The position numbers and the translations under genes were made by a program. A stretch of 64,000 nucleotides of DNA from Anthoceros angustus (Eukaryota; Plantae; Anthocerotophyta), in assembly GCA_010909165.1 (NCBI GenBank), contig MU008156.1, positions 62,001 to 126,000 of the forward strand. The letters run 5' to 3'. Of the stretch, positions 1 to 12,131 are shown piece by piece; positions within the stretch are counted from its first letter, which is position 1, and each line of letters starts with the position of its first letter. A model generated the notes under the pieces. The model was not told the origin of the DNA. It made no database searches and saw nothing but the letters and a program-made list of their open reading frames with translations.

Positions 1-1180
1 GGACCCTCGGACCTCGCCCGGGCGGACCACTCGTCGGACCTCGCCGGGCAGACCACTGCGACCTCGCCCGGACGGACCACTCCGTCGGACCTGCCCGGGC
101 CAGACCACTCGTCGGACCTCGCCCGGACGGACCACCCGCTCCTCGAGCACGGAAGGCAAGAGCACAGGCGAAGATGGTACGGGATAGTCTGCCGTCTTGG
201 GCGCTTGAGCCTTCCTATACTCCCATACCCTAACCTAACCCGCCTATGTATGTATCCTAACCACTATGTATGTACCTAACCACAGGTCGTGTAGTACGGA
301 CGTAGCTCATCACTGCGGACTTCTTGCCTGCGCTTCCACCGCCAAACAAGAGATCCATGCCAGCGTGCCCACCAAACTAAACCACCGACCACTCGGTCGG
401 ACTTGGCAGACGGACCTCGCGGACCTCAAGGCAGACCACCGTCGGACCTCGCCCGGGCCGGACCCTCGGACCTCGCCCGGGCGGACCACTCGTCGGACCT
501 CGCCGGGCAGACCACTGCGACCTCGCCCGGACGGACCACTCCGTCGGACCTGCCCGGGCCAGACCACTCGTCGGACCTCGCCCGGACGGACCACCCGCTC
601 CTCGAGCACGGAAGGCAAGAGCACAGGCGAAGATGGTACGGGATAGTCTGCCGTCTTGGGCGCTTGAGCCTTCCTATACTCCCATACCCTAACCTAACCC
701 GCCTATGTATGTACCTAACCCCTTCTTATGTACCTAACCACAGGTAGTAATAGCCGGACGTAGCTCATCACTGCGGACTTCTTGCCTGCTTCACTGCAAG
801 CAGTGCGTCCATGCGGCGTACCCACCGGCTTCAACCACGGCAGACCACTCGGTCCGGACTTAGCGGGCGACCTCGCCGGAACCTCAGGCAGACCACCGTC
901 GGACCTCGCCCGGGCCAGACCCTCGTCGACCTCGCCCGGGCAGACCCTCCGTCGGACCTCGCCGGGCAGACCCTCGCGTCAGACCTACGGACGGACCACT
1001 CCGTCGGACCTGCCCGGAGCCAGACCACTCCGTCGGACCTCGCCCGGAGACCACTCGTCGGACCTCGCCCGGGCAGACCCTCCGTCGGACCTCGCCCGGA
1101 CGGACCACTCACGGACCTCGCCCGGACGGACCACTCAGACCTGCAGACGGACCACTCCGTCGGACCTGGCCGGACCGAGG
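1..1180. repeat. GC-rich degenerate tandem array (~30-bp units, core GGACCTCGCCCGG..GACCACTC) with a ~459-bp higher-order duplication
   Basis: The core recurs dozens of times; 1-~335 is repeated at 460-~790. The region ends ...CTCTTAACA at 1250 (TGTTAAG on the minus strand), which may be an LTR edge. Confidence 0.85.
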
Positions 1181-1303
1181 GTCTAGGGATTGCACCGTAA
1201 GTGCAATCGAAATGGCCTTATTGGCTAACTCCTCCCTATCCCTCTTAACAGTAACGACCCGAAAAAAAAGCAAAACAAGTCGCCAAGAGTACGGACATCG
1301 GAT

Positions 1304-1905
1304 TTGGCACTCCACAACATGCGTGGCTATTTACGCGCACGCCAGTACTCCCTTTTCGTGATGGATGTGCCGAGGGGCTTCAATATAGGCCCAATGGATG
1401 CAAGAATTAACGGGAGTACGATGTCATCAGTGTTCGAGAGTTTTGCGGAGAAGACAACGTCAGAGGAATTCCGCTTTATTGTGATGCATGGAGTGGAGGA
1501 CTCCCACCGCCGAGAATGTATGAGAAAGTGGTGTCGAAAAGGTGGGATGGTGTCCTTCGTTTGGGACAAGACGAACATGCCTTAGGGGTGGGGCAGAAAC
1601 ATTGGAGTACGCCATCGTGTGGTGTGTGAAGGAAGAATGTTCAAGAGACAAGGCCAACATGCTCCACAGAGTCATGAGGAGATTCAATAATGGAGATCCG
1701 TCATTACTCACGACACGGTTGTGAAGAAGCATGTATACTTATCTCACGACAAACTTGTGGTGTGCTACCCCTACCAACCGCCTTATGCGGACGTTGTGAG
1801 GCATTTTCCAAAGAAGGAGAGTGGGTGGTTGATGCATGTTAAAGTGGCACAACTATCCTGCATTATTGAGTGGTCGAAGCTGCGTTGCCATCGAAGCGGA
1901 CATGA
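1304..1905 (+). pseudogene. Degenerate beta-class N4-cytosine/N6-adenine DNA methyltransferase (N6_N4_Mtase-like)
   Basis: Motifs in beta order across stops and frameshifts: SLFVMDVPRGFN (DPPY-like motif IV), FVWDKTN, LEYAIVW, YPYQPP (HPxQKP-like), RHF/SKEGEWVVDAC*SGTTIL at 1799-1860 (SAM-binding motif I), SGRSCVAIEAD at 1869-1901 (motif II). Confidence 0.7.
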
Positions 1906-2974
1906 GATCGCGGGTTATATTCCCAGCGCATTCATGGGTTTGAAATGTTACCAAATGCGAGGAAGAGCTTACATTTGATCCGCATGGGCGAGGACCCTCT
2001 GATTAGGCCAAGGAAGTGTGCATTAGTAACGCGGCGCATGAAAAGCCCAGATTGTGTCTTTACGGTCGAGAAGGAAGAGAATGAGCAACGATGACACTTT
2101 GGAAGAGGCGACTTTGGATCTTTGCGTGGGGACATCTTGCGAGACGACGAATGTGACGTCCAGTTCTCTTGCTTTCTGAGAAATAGATCGTTTGGCGAGG
2201 ATACTAGGAATACTTTGCGTAACGTTGCTGTAGTGTTGGATTCGGTGTCGGCGAGGCAGTTTCCTCTTCAATGGTTGTTATTTTCGAGTGAGCACGAAAT
2301 GGAGGCGTGCGCTACTATGCATGCGTTTACTCCGATTGGACAGCGGTTTGTGCCGCATGCGTTTCCTTGTACCCGTGTACAAAATCGAGAATAAAAGCGC
2401 CGGTAGGCCGTACCTAAAATCCTTCCGCGCTGTCGTTAGCTACTATACACGGGAACACGCCGCGCACGTTCTATGGTCATGTTCGTTATGTCCCTCACGA
2501 AATAGGGATATTCGCGCCATCGGACAAGAGGGTTCACCCCTCTTCTAAGGGGGTTTGTATATTAACCCCCTTGCAACTTTATCGTGTTAACGAAGAACTT
2601 AATCGGATGCAGGATGATTTAAGGGGTGTTCTTCCATCAACAGTCCTGAATGTGACTCCTGAAATAGTATTTTTGAGTCAGCCTAAAGATTAGCGCCCCT
2701 TGCAAGTGCAACACGTTAACAATGTAAGTCTTTGAGATTTGTTGCAAGTTTATAGGGACTTATCAAAATCCTGTGTCCTGACTTGTTTTTTATGTGTCAG
2801 GTCTTAGTCTCTGTGGCCACTCCTGTTATTCATCATGAAAGCAGACCTCTGCACAATGTCAACACTGAACTGAGTTTTCCTGCACCATGTGGTCCCTTTG
2901 TGTCTGAAGTTCGAGTTGGTATTGTCGAGTTCCTTGGTTGATGCCATGTTGGATGATTTTAATCATCTTGGTTT

Positions 2975-3900
2975 TTGTTATTCTTGGCGGTGGGAGGCGT
3001 GGTGTTTTGGTTGCAAACATACCTCCACAGCGATGGCCAAGGCATCCGGATGGATACTAGCGAGACCAACAGGTGTTCTAGTGAAATTCCATACGTTGAC
3101 AAGGTTGATTCTTTGGCTGTTTGTTTGTTTTCATTTCTTTTGGAGTTTCGATTGTGTTCATCTTGGCAGATTGTGAATCCTGCGACTAGTGTAGCGACCT
3201 TCATCCCTCATTTCAACATTGATACAGCTATGAGGGAAGTCGATGCAGTGGCCCCTCTGTTGGAGGGCATTGTGCAGAGTGAGTGTGATCAATCATCGAA
3301 GTTAACGGGGAAATGTGGGCGTAGCACCTCTGGATATTGTGCGACTGTGTTGCAAATGGAAATGGAAGTGGCTTTGAGCGCTTGAGATCTGGAGTATGAT
3401 GAGCGAAGAAGCAATTGGAGTTTCAGCGGCAAAAGGATTTGGAGGCTCTTATAGAGAGGCGTCGCGGTTGAATTACGAGTCTCTAAGCAAGAGAAAGCCC
3501 TTGAGATTGAGGCGGAGAAATGTGGAGAGGAGACAAGAGCACATTAAGCATCAAAGCTGACGGCGAGATAGCGGCAAGAGGTTCGAAGATTGCAGTGGAA
3601 AAGACAACAGGAGCAGAAGAATGTGCCTCGAGATATTTCCACTGCTATCTGCGAAAATCCGTCAGGATCGGTAAGTCTTCTTATGCTCTTTATTAATCAG
3701 TAGTACATTGAAAATCAATGGTTGTATTTTATTAGGTTGTGACCTTGCAGGAAGCCGGACAATTTCGTCCAAGTCCTCAGCTTCATCAATTGGTTGCCAA
3801 TTATGATAATGCTGTACAAGTGCCAATCAAGCCAAGTGGTCGTGAAAATTACATTTTCAATCTGTATAATTGTATAGTCAATTTCCCTAAATAAGGTGAG
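2975..3900 (+). pseudogene. Fragmented, probably spliced ORF of unknown function (charged/coiled-coil stretch at 3400-3670)
   Basis: 136-aa ORF followed by E/R/K-rich codons, with GT..AG-bounded AT-rich gaps at ~3671-3736 and from ~3895. No recognisable domain. Confidence 0.3.
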
Positions 3901-4619
3901 TATCATTGCTTAAGTATTTGTTATGATTATTCCCAGTGTTTTCTAGTATCAGCCTAATTACGGTTTGGGTGCTAATTTTCGTTTTGTTTGTAGGTTTCAT
4001 TGTTGTTGAAGCAGAGTTCAATCTATTCTGGTATTTACTCTTCATTAGTTGAATTTGTATTTCATGCCATTACGGATATCACGAAACTACTGAAAAGGTT
4101 TCTTTGTTGGTTTTGTATATCACGGATCATGAATATTATTTAACAGAAAATGTTTTTGTCAGATTAGCGATTTTGGTGGGATTTCTAGAATGAGCTTCTA
4201 CTAGACGCAGTTGGTATTCACTTGGTCGTCATTTTTTCTACTCTAGTGCTCTTTTTTCTACCTTGATGGTAGATTATTTTCATCCCACTTGGCATGTTTT
4301 CTACTATATTGTAATGAATTTTACTATATTGGGTAAAATAATGACCAAAAGGTCAATTCTCTCTCTAAAAATTCACCTGCACTACCCCGAAAAAAAATCA
4401 GCTGGAGGCCCCAGACGAACTTGTGACTTCACGATTGATTGTAACCTTAGTTAGCCATCCGCTTAGGGACATAGCGGAAAAATTTGTCGCACGGTTCCGT
4501 GCGAGGTGTAGCAGTTGCATGTACCAAGGTATATGTACGCCCGGCGCAAAGCTGGGTTCGTAAGCTTTCGACTCATTTGACTGTGTGTAAATGCTTAGTG
4601 TAGATGTTGATTGAACTTC

Positions 4620-6500
4620 AATTAGGCATCTGCTTGGGGACTTGTGGGCAAATTGTGGCACTGGTGTTCAAGTTCATCTGAGGTGTGGCAGATCGCATGT
4701 GTGTGTCTGGAATTCTACTGCGCTTTTGTGAGGAACACCCGGACATTCAAGTAGGGCAGCGGAGCTTTGAGAAGTTGAAGCCATTTTTTGTGAAGAGCCT
4801 GCAGGCGTAATCTTTGTTGTTGCCGGTATCATGTGGAGATGGCCTTTTTGAAGGATGCGTTGAATGGCCTCCGTGGGACTCTCTCTCGTGTCCATCCCTG
4901 TGGTCTTTGCCATTGTTCTTGTGAGGTCTGTGCTTTGCCAGCAGGTACATCTCCCATTGTTTGTAATGCTCCCTCCACATGTGTGGCGTCAGTGAGACTG
5001 CTTTGTCAAAGTGCTCTTTGTGCGGCATGCGATTGGCATGCTCGCATGTCGCAAGGCACTTGTGTCCTATGTGGGGTGAATAAGCTTAAGTTACTCCATG
5101 GAGACTTCTATAAATGTTCACCTAATGCTCTTCTAAAATGGAGATGCTTCCAATACCAAGTTGTGGGCAAGGATGTGGATGGGCGGGATAAGAAACGGAT
5201 CAAACTTGTCTTCATGGAGACACATCCAGTAATTTGTTGAGTTCTTCAAGGGCAAGTTGAAGGATTTCATTCTCCATGACTTTGTTCGATGGCGGGGTTA
5301 GCATTGCCTAGAGTGGTTTCCATCGATGTGGTTGTCTCGGTTATGGATTTTTCGATTACGCATTTGGAGTCCAAGATGAAATCCAGTCCATGCATTGGCG
5401 AGAATGACCGGTTTCCATCCTCGTTACGGTTTTCTACAGCGCAATGGCCCCTAGATGCGACAACCGCTGCAAACATTCGTACTACCACTTCTACATCGGT
5501 GTGACCTTGTGCATGACACGCTCTTCGTTCAACCTTTGTTTTGATGAAGCACGGTGGTGGATGTTGGATTCGGGTTCCCAAGACCTCGGGAGCATTGGTG
5601 CTGGTCGATGGATGGGCAAGTCAATTCAAGGCATGTCGACCTTCATACTTCATCTCCACCCTAAAGCAGTGGTGTGCAACATCGTGGTCATACTTTGGGA
5701 GTGGCCATGGCAAGGGGAGCATGATGGTGCGGTGCTATTTTGAAGAGCCCTTAGAGTGAGTCCTCTCCCACGGCGGGGAGGTTGCAAAATGCATGATGTT
5801 GTCCAAGACTGCAAGAACACATTTTGCTGCGCTCTTATGCATCTGCAGCATGGAGTGCATAGAAGTTTCGGCTTATTGGCAAGGATGAGGTGAATCGGAG
5901 GGTGAAATATGCTTGTGACCCCATACCGGGTCCAAGAAGATGCATAGCTGTATGGGGCTAGTGTGGCGGATCGAAGAAAATCGACTGTCTTGTTTTTGTG
6001 CAGTGTATGGAAAGCAACCATGATGCTTGCGAGAGTTCCTCACGCTTTTGGAATTTAGTTAAGATTAGACCACATCGATGGTCCTGCTCCTCGGATTACC
6101 GTGCCCCACCTTCCTTTACTTGACGCTGCTCTCGCTTCGACGCTCCACGATGATGGTGGATCTCTCGGTTGGCGGACCTCTTGGAAGTCGGTGACAACTT
6201 CATGGTTTTTGCCAATAAAGAAGATGAGGGCCAAGAATTCTACCTTGCGATTCGAGGTGAAGCACACGCTTAGCACAAGCCGATCACGCCCTTGGAGCCG
6301 GTCACACATCAAGTGAAGGTGGTGGTTGGTCGATTACATGTTGCGTAAGAATATTCACAGGTCTCTATACCTTGCCTCTAGAGAACGCGGTGTTCAACTA
6401 GAGTTAGTCAAACTATGCAAGTTTGACATGGTCCACCATGAGCAGGATGGTGACGAGTTGTTATACGTCCTATCATCAGATGCTCAGCAAGTAGTGGACT
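4620..6500 (+). mobile_element. Sola2-like DDD transposase, frameshifted
   Basis: HPDIQVGQRSFEKLKPFFVK, CCRYHVE, a Cys-rich region, KWRCFQY, VVSVMDFS, IQSMHW, DGWASQFK, WSYFGSGHGKGEHDGA. These match the DFxENY / QSxHW / SDGxxxQFK / HGKGxxDG signature I associate with Sola2-type transposases. Confidence 0.7.
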
Positions 6501-9186
6501 CCCTTGTGGAGGAGAGTAATCGTGATGATGCTGTTAGGGATCCTTAGGTTGTTTTGATGTGGAGTGGTAAGTAAAGCTGTTGTTTTGGTGTGGAGTGTGC
6601 AAGTACTGCTGTTGGACGCTGGACGGGAGATTGTTGGCATGTCATTCCCGCTTATCGTTGTTTCCTTGATCCATGAAGATAGCTTGTTTGTATCCAATGA
6701 TGATCCAATAATGCATGGTGCAGTGTACAAATTGGAGATGCCGTTGGTCGTGGGCACACGGTCATTTTCCTCGAGCGAGAGATATTGTGACTTTATAGAG
6801 CGGTAAGTTGTGTCCTTGAACCATGTAGATAATTTCCAACAATGAAATGCATCTGGCGATGTGCCTGGTTTTTGGCTCTTCACAGCTGCCATTTGGCACA
6901 GTGAGGTGGAGGAGAGTAATCGTGATGATGATCTTGTTAGGGATCCTTAGGTTGTTTTGATGTGGAGTGGTAAGTAAAGCTGTTGTTTTGGTGTGGAGTG
7001 TGCAAATCTCGTTGGACGGACGGGATTGTTGGCATGTCATTCCGCTTATCGTTGTTTCCTTGATCCATGAAGATAGCTTGTTTGTATCCAATGATGATCC
7101 AATAATGCATGGTGCGATGTACAAATTGGAATGCCGTTGATCGTGGGCACCGGTCATTTTCCAGCTCAGTAGAGATATTGTGACTTTATAGAGCGGTGGT
7201 AAGTTGTGTCCTTGAACCATGTAGATAATTTCCAACAATGAAATGCATCAGCGTTATGTGCTGGTTTTTGGCTCTTCACAGAGGTGCACGCCATTTGGCA
7301 CAGTGAGATTGCATGATTCATCTTGAATTCAACTTCCTTGACCATACACGTGTGGTGGGGATGGAGGCATGTCGGTGCAAGGGTTGAACAAGAAGCGATC
7401 TGCGACAAGTCAATTCAAGGCATGTCGACCTTCATACTTCATCTCCGGTACCTAGCTTGAAGTGGTGCAACATCGTGGTCATACTTTGGGAGTGGCCATG
7501 GCAAGGGGAGCATGATGGTGCGGTGCTATTTTGAAGAGCCCTTAGAGTGAGTCCTCTCCACGGCGGGGAGGTTGCAAAATGCATGATGTTGTCCAAGACT
7601 GCAAGAACACATTTTGCTGCGCTCTTATGCATCTGCAGCATGGAGTGCATAGAAGTTTCGGCTTATTGGCAAGGATGAGGTGAATCGGAGGGTGAAATAT
7701 GCTTGTGACCCCATACCGGGTCCAAGAAGATGCATAGCTGTATGGGGCTAGTGTGGCGGATCGCAATGAAAATCGCCTGTCTTGTTTTTGTGCAGTGTAT
7801 GGAAAGCAACCATGATGCTTGCGAGAGTTCCTCACGCTTTTGGAATTTAGTTAAGATTAGACCACATCGATGGTCCTGCTCCTCGGATTACCGTGCCCCA
7901 CCTTCCTTTACTTGACGCTGCTCTCGCTTCGACGCTCCACGATGATGGTGGATCTCTCGGTTGGCGGACCTCTTGGAAGTCGGTGACAACTTCATGGTTT
8001 TTGCCAATAAAGAAGATGAGGGCCAAGAATTCTACCTTGCGATTCGAGGTGAAGCACACGCTTAGCACAAGCCGATCACGCCCTTGGAGCCGGTCACACA
8101 TCAAGTGAAGGTGGTGGTTGGTCGATTACATGTTGCGTAAGAATATTCACAGGTCTCTATACCTTGCCTCTAGAGAACGCGGTGTTCAACTAGTGAGTTA
8201 GTCAAACTATGCAAGTTTGACATGGTCCACCATGAGCAGGATGGTGACGAGTTGTTATCGTCCTATCATCGGATGCTCGCAAGTAGTGGACTCCCTTGGA
8301 GGAGAGTAATGATGATCTTTGTTAGGGATCCTTAGGTTGTTTTGATGTGGAGTGGTAAGTAAAGCTGTTGTTTTGGTGTGGAGTGTGCAAATCTCTGCTG
8401 TTGACGACGGGCGATTGTTGGCATGTCATTCCCGCTTATCGTTGTTTCCTTGATCCATGAAGATAGCTTGTTTGTATCCAATGATGATCCAATAATGCAT
8501 GGTGCGATGTACAAATTGGAATGTGTTGATCGTGGGCACGGTCATTTTCCTCGAGCGAGAGATATTGTGACTTTATAGAGCGGTAAGTTGTGTCCTTGAA
8601 CCATGTAGATAATTTCCAACAATGAAATGCATCTGGCGATGTGCCTGGTTTTTGGCTCTTCACAGCTGCCATTTGGCACAGTGAGGTGGAGGAGAGTAAT
8701 CGTGATGATGATCTTGTTAGGGATCCTTAGGTTGTTTTGATGTGGAGTGGTAAGTAAAGCTGTTGTTTTGGTGTGGAGTGTGCAAATCTCGTTGGACGGA
8801 CGGGATTGTTGGCATGTCATTCCGCTTATCGTTGTTTCCTTGATCCATGAAGATAGCTTGTTTGTATCCAATGATGATCCAATAATGCATGGTGCGATGT
8901 ACAAATTGGAATGCCGTTGGTCGTGGGCACCGGTCATTTTCCAGCTCAGTAGAGATATTGTGACTTTATAGAGCGGTGGTAAGTTGTGTCCTTGAACCAT
9001 GTAGATAATTTCCAACAATGAAATGCATCTTATGTGCAGTTTTTGGCTCTTCACAGAGGTGCACGCCATTTGGCACAGTGAGATTGCATGATTCATCTTG
9101 AATTCAACTTCCTTGACCATACACGTGTGGTGGGGATGGAGGCATGTCGGTGCAAGGGTTGAACAAGAAGCGATCTGCAGACAAGT
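5617..9186. repeat. ~1.79-kb tandem duplication (5617-7405, 7406-9186), each unit with an internal ~400-bp duplication
   Basis: Near-identical sequence and identical translated ORFs (6055-6312 vs 7847-8104). Confidence 0.9.
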
Positions 9187-9212
9187 ATGGACGTGGCTTT
9201 ATATAGCGAGTT

Positions 9213-9480
9213 GGTATGTTCCCTTCAAGTTGGTTACATGTGCACTTATGCGGTTGTTCACTTTTCTTGCCATGTGATCCTCGCATGTTCCGTTGTTACA
9301 TGGGCACTTGTGCATGGCTCACTCTTCTTGCCTTGTGGTCTGGCATGTTCCCGTTGTTACATGGGCACTTGTATATGGCTCACTCTTGTTGCCTTGTGGT
9401 CCTAGCATGTTCCCATGGTTACATGGGCACTTGTACAATGGTTCACTTTTCCTGCCATGTGGAAGTGATATGTTCTCGCG
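9213..9480. repeat. Four ~61-62-bp tandem units (GTTACATGGGCACTTGT...), possibly subterminal repeats of the transposon
   Basis: GTTACATG core at 9233, 9295, 9356 and 9418. Confidence 0.8.
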
Positions 9481-10234
9481 GTGATTCTCAACATTCTCAA
9501 CTGATGGGCACTGCCGCCAAAAGCACAACTAACTGGTAGCTCCAAATTTTGCCATCAAATGTGAAAATGGGCTGCCCAAACCGCATTTGGGAATCTAAGC
9601 GGCCACCAAAAGCGGTTCTCATTGGTTTTTGTAATTTAGAATTTTTTTTGGCCATCTAGAAAGTGGCTCTAAGTTTTTATTTTCCAGAATAGTGCAGTTT
9701 CGGCCGTTTTTTAGGGTGATAATTAATTCACTTTTTACTTTCTAATCTATGTAATATATATTTTTATCACCATGATAGTTACGACCTTGTGATTCTCTTG
9801 ATATAAGGTGTATCATGTATGTATGAAACTTCTGTTTTGGTGTCTCATGATTCAAACACCTCAAAATTTAATCCTTCCATTTCACGAGTCGTGGACATGG
9901 TTATCGACACCACCAGGGCATGGACAAGGTTTTTTAGCAAACCCTTTTTAGGGAACAGTTCGAGTTCGAAAGCCACCATAATCCGACATTCTTCATTTCC
10001 ATGCCGCCAGCCATGCTACACACCCTCGTGTAAATCCAAATGGCTGTGGTCAAATAGACACACATTTATAAACGTTGTTGTTAACCATCCTCTGTGCTTA
10101 GATCGACACTTAGCTGAGGTGCTTAGAGGGAGTGGATGCCCTTGGTGCAAGTACCATAGGCATACCATGGTACAAGTTGTTAAGTACCACGTCCCATGAG
10201 AGGAAAAGTTTCATTTGTTTACAACTGTGAATTG

Positions 10235-11546
10235 TCCAACTAATCAAATTGATCGAATCCAAGCCATACTCCCTATAGTCACAATTGATATTATTCGGTC
10301 ATGGAAGTAGTCCACTGCTACGACCGCTTTCTCTTGCGACCGGGCTCGTAGTCAGTCTTGAGGGGTTAGTTCTTCTTTTCGTTTGGTGTGCGGTGGGATG
10401 GGATCTGGTTCAAAAACTTAAAACGGGTGCAATAGTCCTTCCTCCAGAGATGTGGAGGTGTCACGAATGGAACATAGTGGCGGCCAAGTTCTTTGTCTTG
10501 AACTTCGCTATCAACCCAGAACCCTCTCAATGCCGGTGCGTCGGGCGCAATCGTTTCACTGAGCCGGCTCATATCTTGACTAGGGTTGCGTGAAGCTCTA
10601 CCAAGTCGATTGCGTATCTATCTTTATCTTTAAGCACTTCGCGTCCAGCACAATGTTGGAAACCGTGAAGTCGTTAGGATCAAAATGTGCATTGTACCCC
10701 AACAGTTGACCATCGCGACCGACTTCGCAAACACCATTACATTGCGCGATGCTGGTCCTAACTGCGTTCACCGTCGACGAACGCGCAATGTCGGTAAGGC
10801 CAGGGACCGGTCGGACCCTCACCGTTGCCATAGCTCCGCCGTTTTGCTCGGGCGGTACTCCACGTTGGGGAGGTGGAGGCCCAAATGATGCAAGTCAATT
10901 GCGTGAAGGTTGGTGGTTGCCATCACGTTGACTAGCTTGGGTATCACCCCGATGGATGCTCTCTTGATGCGTCCTCGTCAATGTTGACCAATACTAATCC
11001 GTAGGTGTGTCTTTGTACCCTATGGTGCGGCCCATCGACTCGGCGCCACGTCGCGGCTCGTGCATCTCCATCGGCCCCGACGCCGTGCTATGGATCCGGA
11101 CGGAAATGATTTCAAGTCGCCGCGACTTTCGTTGGGTGGGTATGACCCTACGCCGAAATGGTTTGTTTCAAGGCGCCGCGACTTTCGTTGGAGTGGTAGT
11201 AGCTACTACTACCTATATACTAGCTCTTGCGTTATACTTATAGGACTACTTGTCCTTGGCCTTTGGCCAATGCTGTGACAAGCTAGAATGTCTCGATAAA
11301 AACTATAATAATATTACACGCACCATGACCCAAGGACAACAAATGCTCATTGATGGTTTAGCGAATGGCAGTGCCTTCCCACCCCACCCTTTCCTTTTTC
11401 CCTCACCCTTGGTGCATGCAAGTGAGAACATCACTTTCATTTCCATCAAAATTTCTTTCATTTGCTCCAACTAATCAAATTGATCGAATCCAAGCCATAC
11501 TCCCTATAGTCACAATTGATATGATTCGGTCATGGAAGTAGTCCAC
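10235..11546. repeat. 81-bp direct repeats (10235-10315, 11466-11546) flanking a ~1.15-kb insert
   Basis: TCCAACTAATCAAATTGATCG...GGAAGTAGTCCAC occurs twice with one mismatch. Confidence 0.9.
10366..10831 (-). pseudogene. Orphan repeat-family ORF (ORF-A), frameshifted
   Basis: GYNAHFDPNDFTVSNIVLDA...KDKDRYAIDLVEL...RHYVPFVTPPHLWRKDYCTRFKFL; homologous DNA at ~35360-35585 and 36309-36593. Confidence 0.5.
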
Positions 11547-12131
11547 CCGCTTTTGAACATGTCATGGTGGGGCTCACGACCTCGGGAGCAACGCGGATTT
11601 AGTCTTCAAGGAGGAATAGCCTCTGCGGATCCAGAGTTACACACACTTGGATAGCCTATGCGGGTACACAGTTAGACACACTTTGGATGATAGTATTGGA
11701 CGTCAATGATGCCAATGCTAAGATACATGATTATAAGTTCTAAGGTCCTGACGATAGAGCTGAACTCTTGTGTAGAATGGATATCACATGTTACATTATG
11801 AATTACAAAGAAGACCAGCAAAACAATTCACTTTTTGGATATGTCCGAAATGCGAGAGAGGGCAATGGCGGGATCCAGCCACGCCGGAAACTGCTGGACA
11901 GGAACTTTAACTCTTCAAACTCGACTTCCAGAGGTCAAGCAGGTGTTGCCTAACAGCGGGCCGGTTGGACCACCTTGTGATTGGAAGCCTCCAATCTAAC
12001 GACTTGGAGTATGGCATACAGAATTATAGCTCATCAATACATCAACACCAGAGAGCAGCACAGTATCATCGTCCAACAAATCGCTTGAGTCAGGTCACTA
12101 GTCTTCCGAGGCTACCATGTTCTGATGCCCT

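Noticed and set aside
266-1200. Several 90-135-aa ORFs
   Set aside because: They are by-products of a GC-rich tandem repeat and are open in most frames on both strands.
1181-1210. Helitron 3' end (hairpin plus CTAG)
   Set aside because: The hairpin-to-CTAG spacing is only about 1 bp and there is no Rep/helicase nearby.
4340-9730. TIR pair for the Sola2-like element at ~4350-4395 and ~9680-9730
   Set aside because: Only short patches match (CTAAAAA, CTGCACTA), too weak to call.
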